A stretch of DNA of 63,920 nt, counting the filler, from an uncultured Acidimicrobiia bacterium (lineage in GTDB: Bacteria; Actinomycetota; Acidimicrobiia; Spongiisociales; JAOTWH01), in NCBI GenBank assembly GCA_964347285.1. It is 4 parts of 4 records of this genome, joined end to end, with 100 filler letters (N's around TTAATTAATTAA, not from the genome) between each part and the next. Parts side by side here need not be neighbours in the genome. Positions count along the whole stretch, not along the records: positions 1 to 20,728 come from CAYFYE010000042.1; 3 more parts are not named here. The stretch is one strand, 5' to 3'. Positions 9,048-19,710 of this stretch are shown piece after piece. Made by a program: the position numbers and the translations under genes. The notes beneath the pieces were generated by a model that saw nothing but the letters and a program-made list of their open reading frames with translations, ran no database searches and was not told where the DNA came from. Positions within the stretch are counted from its first letter, which is position 1. Each line of letters starts with the position of its first letter.

Positions 9048-10166
9048 TCAGCGGAGGGGCAGGTCGGCGCGCACCGTTGTCCCGGTTCCCGGGGCACTGT
9101 GGATCTCGGTGGCTCCGCCCGCCTCGGCGACCCGGCGCCGCAGATTGTCGAGGCCCAAACCGGGCCGTACTGCTCCGGGGTCGAAGCCGATGCCTTCGTC
9201 GTGGACCTCGAGGGACAACCAGTCGCCGCGCCGAACGGCCCGCAACTCGATGCGAGGCGCTCCCGAGTGGCGAATGGCATTGCTGACCGCCTCCCGGGCG
9301 AACTGGAGGGCATTGTCCGATACGTGGTCGGGCAGGTCGGCGAAGCGGCCGCTCGTGACCACCTCGACCTCGGCGGACACGTCGTGGGCGGCCTGATCCG
9401 CTATGCGGCGCAACTCGACGTCGAAGCGAACAGGCGTTCTGACCGGCTGGCGGATGTCGAAGATGTAGCGCCGGAGCGTGGTCATCGCACCGTCGATGCG
9501 GTCCACCGCCTCCTCGATGCGGGACCGCACCTCCTCGGTCTCTTCGGTGTGGGCCGAGGCGGCCTTCAGCGTGAGCCCCACTGCGAACAGCTCCTGAATG
9601 ACCCCGTCGTGGATCTCGCGGGCAATCCGCTCCCGATCCTCGGCAAGCGTTGCCCGCTGCAGCCGCTCGTTGAGGCGGGCCCGGGCCAGGGCCGATCCGG
9701 CAATGAGAGCCAGAGCCTCGACGGTGCTCTCATCCTCTTCGGTGAAGCCTCCCGGCTTGTCGGTGAGGTAGAGGTTGCCGAAGACCACGCCCCCGGCGCG
9801 TACCGGAACGCCCAGAAACGTCGTCATGATTGGATGATGAGGCGGAAAGCCCGCTGCGTCGGGGTGCCGAGAGACGTCGTCGATCCGTACCGTCTTGCCG
9901 ACCCGAGTGATCAGCCCCAACAGCCCTTTGCCGTCGGGGAGGCGGCCCACCTGTTCGGCGACCGATTCGCCGATGCCTTCGTAGACGAAGTCGACCAAGG
10001 AACCGTGGTCGCCCACGATGCCGAGGGCGGCGTAGGGGGCCCCGGTGATCGTCATCGCAGTATGGACCGTCGTGCGCAGCACCGACTCCAGATCGAGTTG
10101 GCTCGCCACGCTGGCGGCCGCCTCGATCAGGGCGCTGACTGATGCGCTGAAGGTCGCCCGCGACAC
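9048..10166 (-). CDS. DevS/DosT-like GAF sensor histidine kinase (single GAF domain)
   Basis: GFPPHHPIMTTFLGVPVR heme-GAF motif, HisKA_3 H-box DRERIAREIHDGVIQELF, EAVSNAIRHS, DEGIGF, GLGL. Confidence 0.9.
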   Translation of the reverse strand: MSRATFSASVSALIEAAASVASQLDLESVLRTTVHTAMTITGAPYAALGIVGDHGSLVDFVYEGIGESVAEQVGRLPDGKGLLGLITRVGKTVRIDDVSRHPDAAGFPPHHPIMTTFLGVPVRAGGVVFGNLYLTDKPGGFTEEDESTVEALALIAGSALARARLNERLQRATLAEDRERIAREIHDGVIQELFAVGLTLKAASAHTEETEEVRSRIEEAVDRIDGAMTTLRRYIFDIRQPVRTPVRFDVELRRIADQAAHDVSAEVEVVTSGRFADLPDHVSDNALQFAREAVSNAIRHSGAPRIELRAVRRGDWLSLEVHDEGIGFDPGAVRPGLGLDNLRRRVAEAGGATEIHSAPGTGTTVRADLPLR

Positions 10167-10173
10167 ATCGAGC

Positions 10174-10247
10174 AGGCTAGTGGGACTTTCGGCACAGCCC
10201 TCGAAGGCCGAAATCCCGGTCCGAACGACCGCAAAGAGAGTTAGCCT
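10174..10247. promoter_or_regulatory. divergent promoter with tandem DosR-type boxes
   Basis: TGGGACTTTCGGCACA at 10181-10196 and weaker GAAGGCCGAAATCCCG at 10203-10218; TAGCCT -10 hexamers at 10174-10179 (minus) and 10242-10247 (plus). Confidence 0.68.
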
Positions 10248-10264
10248 CCGACTAGGAGGCGGAG

Positions 10265-10930
10265 ATGCTCAAGGTCTTGCTGGTCGACGACCACGAGGTC
10301 GTGCGGGCCGGTTTGTTGGCCCTTCTCAACGCCGAGGACGACATCGAGGTGGTCGACGAGGCCGGGAGCGTTTTCGATGCGGTCCGAAAGGCGGGGTACA
10401 AGTCGCCCGACATCGCCGTCGTCGACGTCCGGTTGCCCGACGGCTCTGGGGTCGAGGCGTGCCGCGAGATCAAAGAGCGCTGGCCCGAGGTCAAGGTGCT
10501 GATGCTCACCTCGTTCGCCGACGACGAGGCCCTCTTCGCCTCGATCATGGCCGGGGCATCGGGTTACGTGCTCAAGCGGGTCGGGGGCGACGAGCTGGTC
10601 GACAGCATCCGGCGGGTCGGGGCGGGGGAGTCCCTGCTCGATCCCTCCTTGGTCGAACAGGTGTTCCGGCGCATCCGCGGTGAGGACGAAGAGGATCCCC
10701 TGATGGGCCGGCTGTCCCCCCAGGAGCGAAACATCCTCCACTACATAGCCAACGGACTCACCAATCGTCAGATCGCCGAGGAGATGTTCCTCGCCGAGAA
10801 GACCGTGAAGAACTATGTTTCCAATCTGCTCGCCAAGTTGGGCATGAGCAGGCGAAGCGAGGCGGCCGCCTACGCCGCCCGCCTGGAAGCAGAGCGGGAG
10901 CGCCGGTTCCCTCCCGAAGATTGGGGATAG
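10265..10930 (+). CDS. devR: DevR/DosR/OsdR-like response regulator (NarL/LuxR family)
   Basis: LVDDHEVVR, DVRLPDGSG, LTSFADDEALFASIMAGASGYVLK, GLTNRQIAEEMFLAEKTVKNYVSNLLAKLGM; SD GGAGG. Confidence 0.88.
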   Translation: MLKVLLVDDHEVVRAGLLALLNAEDDIEVVDEAGSVFDAVRKAGYKSPDIAVVDVRLPDGSGVEACREIKERWPEVKVLMLTSFADDEALFASIMAGASGYVLKRVGGDELVDSIRRVGAGESLLDPSLVEQVFRRIRGEDEEDPLMGRLSPQERNILHYIANGLTNRQIAEEMFLAEKTVKNYVSNLLAKLGMSRRSEAAAYAARLEAERERRFPPEDWG

Positions 10931-10934
10931 CGAT

Positions 10935-11375
10935 TTGTTGATCGTCCTCGGAGTCGATGCCTCCTCTCACGCCGAGGCGGCAACCCGCCGGGCCGTCGAG
11001 ATGGCCGGCCAGCTGGGAGCCGATCTGCACGCCGTCCACGCCCTCCACATCCCGGGAACGGTGTACGCCGCCCTCAGCAACATCCCCGACTCGACTGCCG
11101 AAATCGGCAAGTTGGAGCGCCAGGCGGTGTGGGAGCGGATCGGCCCCATCCTGGACGAGGCGCGTGGTGTCGTCGAGCGGGTCGAGCTGGACGGCTATCC
11201 GCCCGACGCGGTAGCCGAGTATGCCGATACCAAGGATGCCGATCTCATCGTGGTGGGCAGCCGGGGGAGGGGAGTCCTGGCTACGCTGGTGCTCGGCAGT
11301 ACGAGCCACCGGCTCGTCCACCTGGCCCATTGCGACATCCTCGTCGTCAAGGAGAGGCAACAGGAAGAGCAATGA
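10935..11375 (+). CDS. universal stress protein
   Basis: IVLGVDAS...DADLIVVGSRGRG....VLGSTS.RLVHLAHCDILVV. Confidence 0.93.
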   Translation: MLIVLGVDASSHAEAATRRAVEMAGQLGADLHAVHALHIPGTVYAALSNIPDSTAEIGKLERQAVWERIGPILDEARGVVERVELDGYPPDAVAEYADTKDADLIVVGSRGRGVLATLVLGSTSHRLVHLAHCDILVVKERQQEEQ

Positions 11376-12031
11376 GAGTCCTCGACTTGATGACCATCGA
11401 CGTGGTGACCGTGCGGGCGGACGACACGCTCAAAGAGGCGGCCCGCCGGATGATCAGGCACCGGGTCAGTGGCCTGCCCGTAGTGGACGACCATGGCAAG
11501 CTGGTGGGCATCGTTACCGAGGGCGACTTTCTGGCCCGGGAGATGAACCGCGACCATCCCGAGCCCCCCGGCTTGTTGTCGGCGTTGTTCGGGGCCGAGG
11601 AGTACCACGACGAAGCGGTCACGGTGGGCGAGGTCATGGCCAAGTCGGTGGTCACCGTCTCCCGGGACAGTTCGCTGTCGGAGGCGGCCCGGATGATGGC
11701 CGGTCACGGAGTGAAGCGCCTGCCGGTAGTAGACGGGGACGGCATGCTGCTGGGGATACTCTCCCGGGCCGACGTCGTCGAGGCGTTCACCCGGCCCGAT
11801 GAGCTCATCGAGGACGAGGTTCGGGAAGATGTTGCCCGCCGCATCCTCTTCATCGAGCCGGACTCCATCACTGTGGACGTCAAAGAGGGCTTGGTGACTC
11901 TCGGAGGGGAGCTGGCGTCCAAGACCGATGCCCGGCTTCTGGAGGAGCTGGTCCGCCGCTTGGACGGTGTGGTCGGGGTGGAGAGCCGGCTGACCTGGAA
12001 GGTCGACGACACCAAGATCTCCCAGGATTGA
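11372..12031 (+). CDS. CBS-pair plus BON domain protein
   Basis: two CBS repeats (VSGLPVVDD..LVGIVTEGD; VKRLPVVD..LLGILSRAD) and a BON domain (GLVTLGGEL...VDGVVGVESRL-type); ATGA overlap with the USP stop. Confidence 0.9.
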   Translation: MRVLDLMTIDVVTVRADDTLKEAARRMIRHRVSGLPVVDDHGKLVGIVTEGDFLAREMNRDHPEPPGLLSALFGAEEYHDEAVTVGEVMAKSVVTVSRDSSLSEAARMMAGHGVKRLPVVDGDGMLLGILSRADVVEAFTRPDELIEDEVREDVARRILFIEPDSITVDVKEGLVTLGGELASKTDARLLEELVRRLDGVVGVESRLTWKVDDTKISQD

Positions 12032-12861
12032 CTGACCGGCCGACGTCTCCCGATGGCGTCGAACTGGCACTGCTGCGGCGACCTGGACCCGACCCGGTGC
12101 TCTTTTGCCATGCCACCGGCTTCTGCAAGGAAATCTGGCTTCCGGTGCTCGACGAGCTTCACTCGGCGGGTTTCGGCAATGGGGCGGTGGCGTTCGACCA
12201 GCGTGGGCACGGAGATTCGGACCTCCCCCCCGGTCGGCCCGACTGGTGGGATCTCGGCCGCGACGCCCTGGCGGTGGTCGACGAGGTCGGTCCTCTCGGG
12301 CTGGGGGTCGGGCATTCCTCGGGAGCAGCGGCTCTCGTCATGGCCGAGCTGCTCCGTCCCGGCACGTTTCCGGCACTGCTCCTCATCGAGCCGATCATCT
12401 TTCCTCCGGGCTACGGAGACGAAGTCGGCCGGTCGTTGAGCGAGGGGGCCCGGCGGCGGCGGGCCGAGTTCGATTCGAGGGAGGATGCCCGGGCCCATTT
12501 CGCTTCCAAGGAGATCTTTTCCAGCTGGGATCCCCGGGCGCTCGACGCCTATGCCGCTCATGGGCTGGAGGACGTCGGCCAACGGGTGGTCCTGAAATGT
12601 CGGCCGGCCATCGAGGCGGCGTTCTACCCGGCCGGCATGGTCCACGGAGCCTGGGACCGGCTCGGGGAGGTTGGAGCTCCGGTGCTGCTGATGGCCGGCG
12701 AGCTTTCCCACAGTCATGGACGCGGCTTTGTCGGGTGGCAGGCCGAGCAGTTCGCCGATGCGCGCTGGCAGGTGGTTTCGGGGGCCGGCCATTTCCTCCC
12801 GATGGAGCGTCCCGGGGTCGTGGCCGAAGCCGTCTCCGGGTTGCTGGCCGGCCGCCGGTAG
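12028..12861 (+). CDS. alpha/beta hydrolase
   Basis: HATGF, FDQRGHGDS, nucleophile elbow GHSSG, AGHFLPMERP. Confidence 0.88.
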   Translation: MTDRPTSPDGVELALLRRPGPDPVLFCHATGFCKEIWLPVLDELHSAGFGNGAVAFDQRGHGDSDLPPGRPDWWDLGRDALAVVDEVGPLGLGVGHSSGAAALVMAELLRPGTFPALLLIEPIIFPPGYGDEVGRSLSEGARRRRAEFDSREDARAHFASKEIFSSWDPRALDAYAAHGLEDVGQRVVLKCRPAIEAAFYPAGMVHGAWDRLGEVGAPVLLMAGELSHSHGRGFVGWQAEQFADARWQVVSGAGHFLPMERPGVVAEAVSGLLAGRR

Positions 12862-12871
12862 CATCGGAGCC

Positions 12872-14188
12872 GTGATCCCGGCGGCCGTGCTCGACGAGCT
12901 GGCGCGCTCGCTCCAGGGACCCAGCGACCGTCTGCGGCTGGCGTCGACGCCGTGCGCCTTGGATGGTTTCGACCTGGTGCGGGCGGCAGGCACGTGGGGG
13001 CCGGCCACGTACTTCTCGTCCCCTCGGGTGGTGATCGGTGGGATCGGGTGCGCCTGGCAGGTTGAGGTCGAAGGGGCCGGTCGCCTCGAGGCCCTATCCG
13101 GTGCGGTCGCCGGGCTTCCCACCGATCTCCCCATTCCGGTGGCGTTCTCGTTCCTCGATGGTCTGTCCGCTCCGGAGTGGGAGGGTTTCCCGGCGGCGAC
13201 GGCCCGTCTCCCGGAGGCGGCGGTCCTCGTCCGCGACGGCCGTTCCGCCCTGGTCGCCGTTCTGTCGCCGGGCCGGGAGGCGGGAGAGCTCCTGGATCGG
13301 CTCGGCTCGCTGGAGTCACCTCCCCCGGCGGATTCGGCAACGTCGTTGGTCGAAATCGTTCGAGAGATGCCGGCTTCCGTCGACTGGAAGGCGACGGTCG
13401 CCCACCTGGAAGCCGAAATCCGGGCGGGACGGGCCGAGAAGGTCGTGCTGGCCCGGGCGGTCGCCGCTGCCGCTCCCATCCCTTTGCGGCCGTTCGAGCT
13501 CCTTGCCCACCGCAGCGGCGAAGTCGGTTTCGTCTTCGGCTGGCAAGAGGGCGATGCCGCCTTCGTAGGAGCCAGCCCCGAGCTGTTGGTGTCGCGACGG
13601 GGGAAGAGCGTCCGGTGCCGGCCGCTGGCCGGGTCGGCTCCACTCGGAGCAGAAGGGGCCGCCGCCCTACTGGCCGACCCGGTGCGCCGCCGCGAGCACG
13701 CCCTCGTCGTCGAGGACCTGGTGACTCGCCTGGGACCGCTCGTCGCGGGGCTGGAGACTGCGGCCGACCCCTCCGTGGTACGCGCCGAGACCGTCCAGCA
13801 CCTGGCCACCGAGGTATCGGCCTCTGTGGCCGGGGATGTCTCGGTGCTCGAGTTGGCCGCAGCCATCCATCCGACCGCAGCGGTGGCCGGCGTCCCTGCT
13901 CTCGAGGCTCTGGCCCTGATCGCCGAACTGGAATCGTTCGAGAGAGGGTGGTACGGCGGAGGGATCGGCTGGAGCTCGCCGTCCGGCGAAGGGGAGATCG
14001 CCCTTGGACTGCGCTGTGCCCTCGTGCGAGGGTCTCGGGTCTGCCTCTTTGCCGGCAACGGCATCGTGGCCAGCTCCGACCCGGCGGTGGAGCTGGCCGA
14101 GAACCGCCTCAAGATGGAGGCGGTGCTGGGCCTGGTCGGGGCTGCTCCCCCTCCTCCGACGACTCGAGGTCGAGAGCTGCCGAGTTGA
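12872..14188 (+). CDS. menF: isochorismate synthase
   Basis: [63 protein letters not shown]; men genes adjacent; start approximate. Confidence 0.88.
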   Translation: MIPAAVLDELARSLQGPSDRLRLASTPCALDGFDLVRAAGTWGPATYFSSPRVVIGGIGCAWQVEVEGAGRLEALSGAVAGLPTDLPIPVAFSFLDGLSAPEWEGFPAATARLPEAAVLVRDGRSALVAVLSPGREAGELLDRLGSLESPPPADSATSLVEIVREMPASVDWKATVAHLEAEIRAGRAEKVVLARAVAAAAPIPLRPFELLAHRSGEVGFVFGWQEGDAAFVGASPELLVSRRGKSVRCRPLAGSAPLGAEGAAALLADPVRRREHALVVEDLVTRLGPLVAGLETAADPSVVRAETVQHLATEVSASVAGDVSVLELAAAIHPTAAVAGVPALEALALIAELESFERGWYGGGIGWSSPSGEGEIALGLRCALVRGSRVCLFAGNGIVASSDPAVELAENRLKMEAVLGLVGAAPPPPTTRGRELPS

Positions 14189-14552
14189 TGCAGTAGCGCT
14201 GGCCGGTGGGCTCGGGGCCGTCGTCGAAGACGTGCCCGAGGTGTGATTCGCAGGCGGCGCACCGCACTTCGGTGCGCACCATTCCGTACCCCCGGTCCTC
14301 CTCGTAGCGAACGGCTCCGCCGTCCAACGGCTCCCAGAAGCTGGGCCACCCGCTGCCCGAGTCGTACTTGGTGGCGGAGTCGAACAGGGGTGTTCCGCAG
14401 GCCACGCACGAGTAGATCCCATGTTCCTTGCTGTCCCAGTACTCCCCGGTGAACGGCGGCTCGGTGGCCCCCCGGCGGGTGACCGCGTACTGCTCGGGAG
14501 TGAGCTGGCGGCGCCACTCTTCGTCGGTCTTGGTCACCTTGGGATGCGGCAT
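14109..14552 (-). CDS. msrB: peptide-methionine (R)-S-oxide reductase
   Basis: [48 protein letters not shown]; 3' end overlaps the menF 3' end. Confidence 0.96.
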   Translation of the reverse strand: MPHPKVTKTDEEWRRQLTPEQYAVTRRGATEPPFTGEYWDSKEHGIYSCVACGTPLFDSATKYDSGSGWPSFWEPLDGGAVRYEEDRGYGMVRTEVRCAACESHLGHVFDDGPEPTGQRYCINSAALDLESSEEGEQPRPGPAPPPS

Positions 14553-14598
14553 GATCGACCTCTCGTTGCGCGCGAGGAATGCTATCGGGGGTGGTTCA

Positions 14599-16311
14599 CT
14601 AACCCAGTGCCTCCGCCACCGCCGCAGTCGCCGCCCTGTGGACGTCGACGTTGCGAGCACGGTCGGTGCGGACCTCGACCAGCCGGGGTGCCACGGGCGG
14701 GACGGAAAGGGCAGCAGCGAGTTCGGCTCGGCTCCGGGCTCGCTGGGCGGCGATCCCCAGCGCCTCGGCCACCGCCACCAGGTCGAGGCCGTGGGGGGTG
14801 GTGAAGTGACGCTCGAAATGGTCCGGGAAGCCGACTTGGGGGAGGAAATGGAAGATGCCTCCGCCATCGTTGTTCACGGCTATCACGGTGGCCGGGATGT
14901 CGAGGCGGGAGGCGGAGTGCAGGGCCCCGAGGTCGTGGAGGACCGAGAGGTCGCCCGCCAGGAGGTAGGTGGGACTGGGATCGGCCAGCGCCGACCCGAA
15001 CCCTGCCGAGAGGAAGCCGTCGATGCCGTTGGCGCCCCGATTGGCGAGGATCCGAACCGGCCGATCGATGCGCCCGAAGAAGGTGTCGACATCCCGCACC
15101 GGCATCGAAGATGCCACCCACAATGCCGCTCCGGAAGGCACGGACTCGGCCACAGCCTGTACGACGCCGGGCTCGGTGGGGTATTCCTCGGCTGCCATGA
15201 CCGCGGTCAGGGCGGCCGAAGCGAGGTCGTCGGCCTCTCTCCACGTCTCGAGCCAGCCCCCAGGCGCCGGGACCGTCGTCGCCTTGGCCATCGCCGACAG
15301 CGTTGCGGCCGGGTCGGCTCGCACTACCCAGCCGGCGACCGCGTCCGGGTCGCGCCAGCCGGCCGGCTCGATCAGCACGTGCGGCACTCCGGAGGCGAAC
15401 CAGTTGAAGAGAGGGGTAGAGGTGGGTACCGCCCCGATGCGGAGCACCACATCGGGCCGGTTGTCCTCCAGCCATCCCGCCTCGAGGAGTGCCTGGCCGT
15501 GGGCGATCACCGCCTCGAGCGGGTGGGCACCGGCTCGCAGCCCGGACAGGGCATCGGCCACGATCGGGATGCGCTGGGCGGCGGCCAAATCGGCGGCGGC
15601 GGCCGGCAGGGCCGGGTCGTCGGTGGGTCCGGCCATCACGACGGCCTTCTTCCCGGCCAGCGAGCGGGCCAGGCGGGTCACGGTCTCCTCTTCGAGACGG
15701 CGCATCGCCGGCTGATATCGGGGTGCCGCCACCTCCGGGAAGGGGTCGGGGACATCACCCGGCACTTCTTCGGGAACCAGCGGCTCGCGAAACGGGAAGT
15801 TGAGGTGCACGGGGCCGGAAGGGGCCTCGAGGGCCTCGGCCCAGGCCCGGGCCGCCAGAGCAGGCGCGGAGCGGATGAACGCGGCGGAGGGCTCGGGCAC
15901 CCCGACGTCGTGGAACCACTTGGCGGCATCTCCGTAGAGCTTCACCTGGTCCACGGCTTGCGGGGCGCCGACATCTCGCAACTCGGGAGGCCGGTCGGCG
16001 GTGAGCAGGAGCAGGGGAACACGGCCCCCCCGGGCCTCGACCGCGGCCGGGAGCAGCTCGGCGGCCGCCGTACCCGAGGTGGTGACCACGGCCGCCGGAG
16101 TACGGGTCGCCTTGGCCATGCCGAGGGCGAAGAACGCCGCCGATCGCTCATCGTGGAAGGACCAATCCCTGACCGCCGGCTCGGCGGCGAGGGCCAGAGA
16201 CAGCGGGGTATTGCGGGATCCCGGACAGATGCAGGCGTGCTCCAGACCCAGTGAGGCCAGAGTCTCCACGAAGGGGACCACGAAGGCGTAATTTCGGTTT
16301 GCCGTCTTCAC
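14599..16311 (-). CDS. menD: SEPHCHC synthase (ThDP-dependent)
   Basis: [71 protein letters not shown]. Confidence 0.96.
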   Translation of the reverse strand: MKTANRNYAFVVPFVETLASLGLEHACICPGSRNTPLSLALAAEPAVRDWSFHDERSAAFFALGMAKATRTPAAVVTTSGTAAAELLPAAVEARGGRVPLLLLTADRPPELRDVGAPQAVDQVKLYGDAAKWFHDVGVPEPSAAFIRSAPALAARAWAEALEAPSGPVHLNFPFREPLVPEEVPGDVPDPFPEVAAPRYQPAMRRLEEETVTRLARSLAGKKAVVMAGPTDDPALPAAAADLAAAQRIPIVADALSGLRAGAHPLEAVIAHGQALLEAGWLEDNRPDVVLRIGAVPTSTPLFNWFASGVPHVLIEPAGWRDPDAVAGWVVRADPAATLSAMAKATTVPAPGGWLETWREADDLASAALTAVMAAEEYPTEPGVVQAVAESVPSGAALWVASSMPVRDVDTFFGRIDRPVRILANRGANGIDGFLSAGFGSALADPSPTYLLAGDLSVLHDLGALHSASRLDIPATVIAVNNDGGGIFHFLPQVGFPDHFERHFTTPHGLDLVAVAEALGIAAQRARSRAELAAALSVPPVAPRLVEVRTDRARNVDVHRAATAAVAEALG

Positions 16312-16340
16312 CCCGGGCAGGTTACCGGCCGACATGATCG

Positions 16341-16364
16341 GGGCCGGTCCCTCGGGACCGGCCC
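16341..16364. other. perfect 11-bp inverted repeat (terminator or operator) between menA and menD
   Basis: gggccggtccc-tc-gggaccggccc. Confidence 0.6.
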
Positions 16365-16486
16365 TCAGCATCGGGATGGGCGTCCGGCGATTGCCGGCAA
16401 TCGATCGATGCAATCGGCATGCGCAGCCCGGCGTGATCAGTGCCGAGCTATAAGTCCATCGGAAGTTTCCGGCTTCCACTTGAGCA

Positions 16487-17368
16487 CTAACCGAGAGCGG
16501 CTCCGGTGGCCACCAGCAGGCCGAACACCGCCTGGAGCTGGGCCGTTCCCTTGAGGGCGACGTTGAGCCGGCGACCGTCGGCCTCAGCCAGCACCATCTT
16601 CACCAGCGGGTAGGCGGCGGGGATGGCCGCCAGGCCCAGGGCAGTCCATGCCGGAACTGCCCCCCAAAGGGCATAGGCGGCCGCCAGCCCGAAGGCCGAC
16701 CACACCAGGGCGGCGTAGAGGAGCCCGGTGCGGCGGCGACCGATGATTACGGCCAGGGTCCGCTTGCCGGCGGCCGCATCGGTGTCGATATCGCGCATGT
16801 TGTTGACGACCAGGATGGCGGCGATGAGGAAGCCCACCGGGACCGCCAGCAGCCAGGCGTCGGCCGGGGCGGTGCGATCGTGGACGTAGCGGCTTCCCAC
16901 CGTCGCCACCAGGCCGAAGAACACGAACACGAACACTTCTCCGAGTCCCCGATACCCATAGGGGTAGGGCCCGCTGGTGTAGCCGAGGGCGGCCACGATC
17001 GACGCCGCACCGATGGCGATGATCACCCACCCGGCGATGGCAGCCAGATACACGCCACCGATGGCTGCCACCAGGAAGGCCCCCCACGCGCCGGCCCACA
17101 CCTGGCGGGCGGTCAGCAAGCCCGACGCCACGGCCCGGGGCGGGCCCAGCCGATCTGGGGAGTCGGCACCTCTCCGGGCATCGGCGGCGTCGTTGGCGTA
17201 GTTGACCCCGATCTGGATGGCGAGGGCCGCCGCCAGGGTGACCACGAAGGCATCCCAGCGAAACGCTCCGGCCGCCTCGGCCAGGGCGCATCCCACCAGC
17301 ACCGGTGTCACGGCCGCCCACAGGGTGGCCGGCCGGGCTGCGAGCAGCCAGGCCCGGGCCGTGCTCAC
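16487..17368 (-). CDS. menA: 1,4-dihydroxy-2-naphthoate polyprenyltransferase
   Basis: [66 protein letters not shown] overlap with the menB stop. Confidence 0.95.
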   Translation of the reverse strand: MSTARAWLLAARPATLWAAVTPVLVGCALAEAAGAFRWDAFVVTLAAALAIQIGVNYANDAADARRGADSPDRLGPPRAVASGLLTARQVWAGAWGAFLVAAIGGVYLAAIAGWVIIAIGAASIVAALGYTSGPYPYGYRGLGEVFVFVFFGLVATVGSRYVHDRTAPADAWLLAVPVGFLIAAILVVNNMRDIDTDAAAGKRTLAVIIGRRRTGLLYAALVWSAFGLAAAYALWGAVPAWTALGLAAIPAAYPLVKMVLAEADGRRLNVALKGTAQLQAVFGLLVATGAALG

Positions 17369-18183
17369 GGCAGTCTCGGGAACCGGTCGAAGCGGGGCTT
17401 GCGCTTCTCGAGGAAGGCCTGCTTGCCCTCCTGAGCCTCCTCCGACATGTAAAAGAGCAGGGTGGCGTCTCCGGCCAGCTGCTGGAGGCCGGCCAGCCCG
17501 TCGGTGTCGGCGTTGAATGCGGCTTTGAGTAGACGAATGGCCAGGGGGGACTTCTCCAGGATCTCGTCCGCCCAGGCCACCGTCTCTTCCTCGAGCCGCT
17601 CCAACGGAACGACGGCGTTGATCAGCCCCATCTCGTAGGCGTCCTGCGCCGAGTACTGCCGGCACAGGTACCAGATCTCCCGGGCCCGTTTGTGCCCGAC
17701 CATGCGGGCCAAGAGGCCGGCTCCGTAGCCGCCGTCGAAGGACCCGACTTTGGGTCCCGTTTGGCCGAATACCGCGTTGTCGGCGGCGATGGTGAGGTCG
17801 CAGACGATGTGGAGGACGTGGCCGCCGCCGATGGCATAGCCGGCCACCATGGCGATCACCGGCTTGGGAAGGGTTCGAATCTGTCGCTGCAGATCGAGGA
17901 CGTTGAGGCGGGGCACCCCCTCGGGATCGAGGTAGCCGGCATCGCTGCGAATACGCTGGTCGCCGCCGGAGCAGAAGGCCTCGTTCCCGGCTCCCGTCAG
18001 GATCACGACGCCGATCGACGTGTCGTTCCGGGCCCGCTCGAAGGCCTCGGAGAGTTCGAAGAGCGTCGTCGGGCGAAAGGCGTTGCGGACCTCGGGGCGG
18101 TTGATGGTGATCTTGGCGATCCCCTTGCGGGTGTCGAAGAGGATGTCCTCGTAGTCGCCTGAGCGTTCCCAGTCGACGGGCAT
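17365..18183 (-). CDS. menB: 1,4-dihydroxy-2-naphthoyl-CoA synthase
   Basis: [63 protein letters not shown]. Confidence 0.97.
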   Translation of the reverse strand: MPVDWERSGDYEDILFDTRKGIAKITINRPEVRNAFRPTTLFELSEAFERARNDTSIGVVILTGAGNEAFCSGGDQRIRSDAGYLDPEGVPRLNVLDLQRQIRTLPKPVIAMVAGYAIGGGHVLHIVCDLTIAADNAVFGQTGPKVGSFDGGYGAGLLARMVGHKRAREIWYLCRQYSAQDAYEMGLINAVVPLERLEEETVAWADEILEKSPLAIRLLKAAFNADTDGLAGLQQLAGDATLLFYMSEEAQEGKQAFLEKRKPRFDRFPRLP

Positions 18184-18257
18184 GTCGCTCCTCGGGGGTG
18201 GGGGCGGACGGTCGGTACTGTAGTGGGGCCCCGTTCCCCGATCGGTGGGAGGCAGCA

Positions 18258-19667
18258 TTGACCCCGGATCCGGTGGCGGTCACCGCCCGGAAACGCCCGG
18301 CAGCGGCGGCGCTCGTCGTCCCGGGTGGTGAGCTGAATTACGGCGAACTCGACGCTGCGGTGCGGCGAGCCGCCGGAGCCCTCCACTCGGCCGGCGTCGG
18401 GGCGGGCCAGACGGTTGCGGTCTGGGCGACCAGCGAGCCGACCTCGGTGGCCGCGTTGTGGGCGATTCCCCGGCTCGGGGCCACGTGCGTTCCGATCAAT
18501 GTGCGGCTCACCGCCGGCGAAGCGGCCGAGCAGGTGGCTCGGGCCGGCGCGATCGCGGTGGTCGCCCCCGCCGGTGCTCCCGATCTCGGCGTCTCCAGGG
18601 TTGCGCCTTCCCGGCTTGAGGAAGGAGAAGCGCTGGGTGTGGACGGCGGGGACCCCTCGGCTCCTCACTACGTGGTGTTCACGTCGGGAACATCCGGAGC
18701 GGCACGCGGGGCGATACTCACCGCGACCAACATCAGCTCCTCGACGGCTGCCGCGCAGAGACGCCTCGGCACCGGAAGCGCCGATGTCTGGCTGGCGGTG
18801 CTGCCCCTCTTTCACGTGGGCGGGCTGTCCATTCTCTGGCGCTCGGCGCTGGCCGGGGGAGCAGTGGTCCTGGAGCCGCGCTTCGATCCGGAGCGAACGG
18901 CGTCCCTCCTGGCCGGCGGTCCCGTCACCGTGGCGTCGTTGGTGCCGACGATGCTGAAGCGAGTCCTGGAGGTCAACGGCGGACCCTACCGCAGCGCACC
19001 GAAGGTCCTGGTGGGAGGAGGGCCCGTTCCCAGCGGTTTGCTGGACCGGGCCGTTCGGGCCGGCCTGGTGGTCCTCCCGACCTACGGCATGACCGAGATG
19101 GCCTCTCAAGTCACCACTCTGGGACCCGATGATCCGCCGGCTCACCGCCGCACCTCGGGTCGCCCCCTCGATGGGGTGGAGCTGACCATCGTCGACGAAT
19201 CGGGATGGCCGGTGGCAGCCGGGTCGTCCGGGGAGATCGTCGTCGGCGGGCCGATGCTGTCTCCGGGCTACGTGGGAGAAGCGCAACGGAAGGCCGGAGT
19301 GCCGCTGGCCACGGGCGATCTCGGGATGCTCGACGAAGACGGCTATCTGACCGTGCTGGGGCGCCGGGACGATGTCATCGTCACCGGCGGCGAGAACGTC
19401 CATCCGGCCGAGGTCGAGGAGGTGCTCCTGGCCCATCCGACGGTCGCCGAGGCGGCGGTGTACCCGGTGGCCGACTCCGAGTGGGGGAGCGTGGTAGGGG
19501 CCGCGCTCGTGGCCGCCCCCGGTGCACGAGTGGAGACCGCCTCGGTGGAGCGCCATGCCCGCGGCCGACTGGCCGGATTCAAGGTGCCTCGCCACTGGCG
19601 GGTGGTGCCGGCCCTGCCCCGCAACGAGCTGGGGAAGGTCGACCGAGACGCTCTGGCCGCCGGCTGA
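18258..19667 (+). CDS. menE: o-succinylbenzoate--CoA ligase
   Basis: [37 protein letters not shown]; divergent from menB; TTG start after GGAGG. Confidence 0.88.
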   Translation: MTPDPVAVTARKRPAAAALVVPGGELNYGELDAAVRRAAGALHSAGVGAGQTVAVWATSEPTSVAALWAIPRLGATCVPINVRLTAGEAAEQVARAGAIAVVAPAGAPDLGVSRVAPSRLEEGEALGVDGGDPSAPHYVVFTSGTSGAARGAILTATNISSSTAAAQRRLGTGSADVWLAVLPLFHVGGLSILWRSALAGGAVVLEPRFDPERTASLLAGGPVTVASLVPTMLKRVLEVNGGPYRSAPKVLVGGGPVPSGLLDRAVRAGLVVLPTYGMTEMASQVTTLGPDDPPAHRRTSGRPLDGVELTIVDESGWPVAAGSSGEIVVGGPMLSPGYVGEAQRKAGVPLATGDLGMLDEDGYLTVLGRRDDVIVTGGENVHPAEVEEVLLAHPTVAEAAVYPVADSEWGSVVGAALVAAPGARVETASVERHARGRLAGFKVPRHWRVVPALPRNELGKVDRDALAAG

Positions 19668-19710
19668 ACCGCCTTGGCCGGCGCCGCCCGGCCCCCATAC
19701 CATGCCGGGA

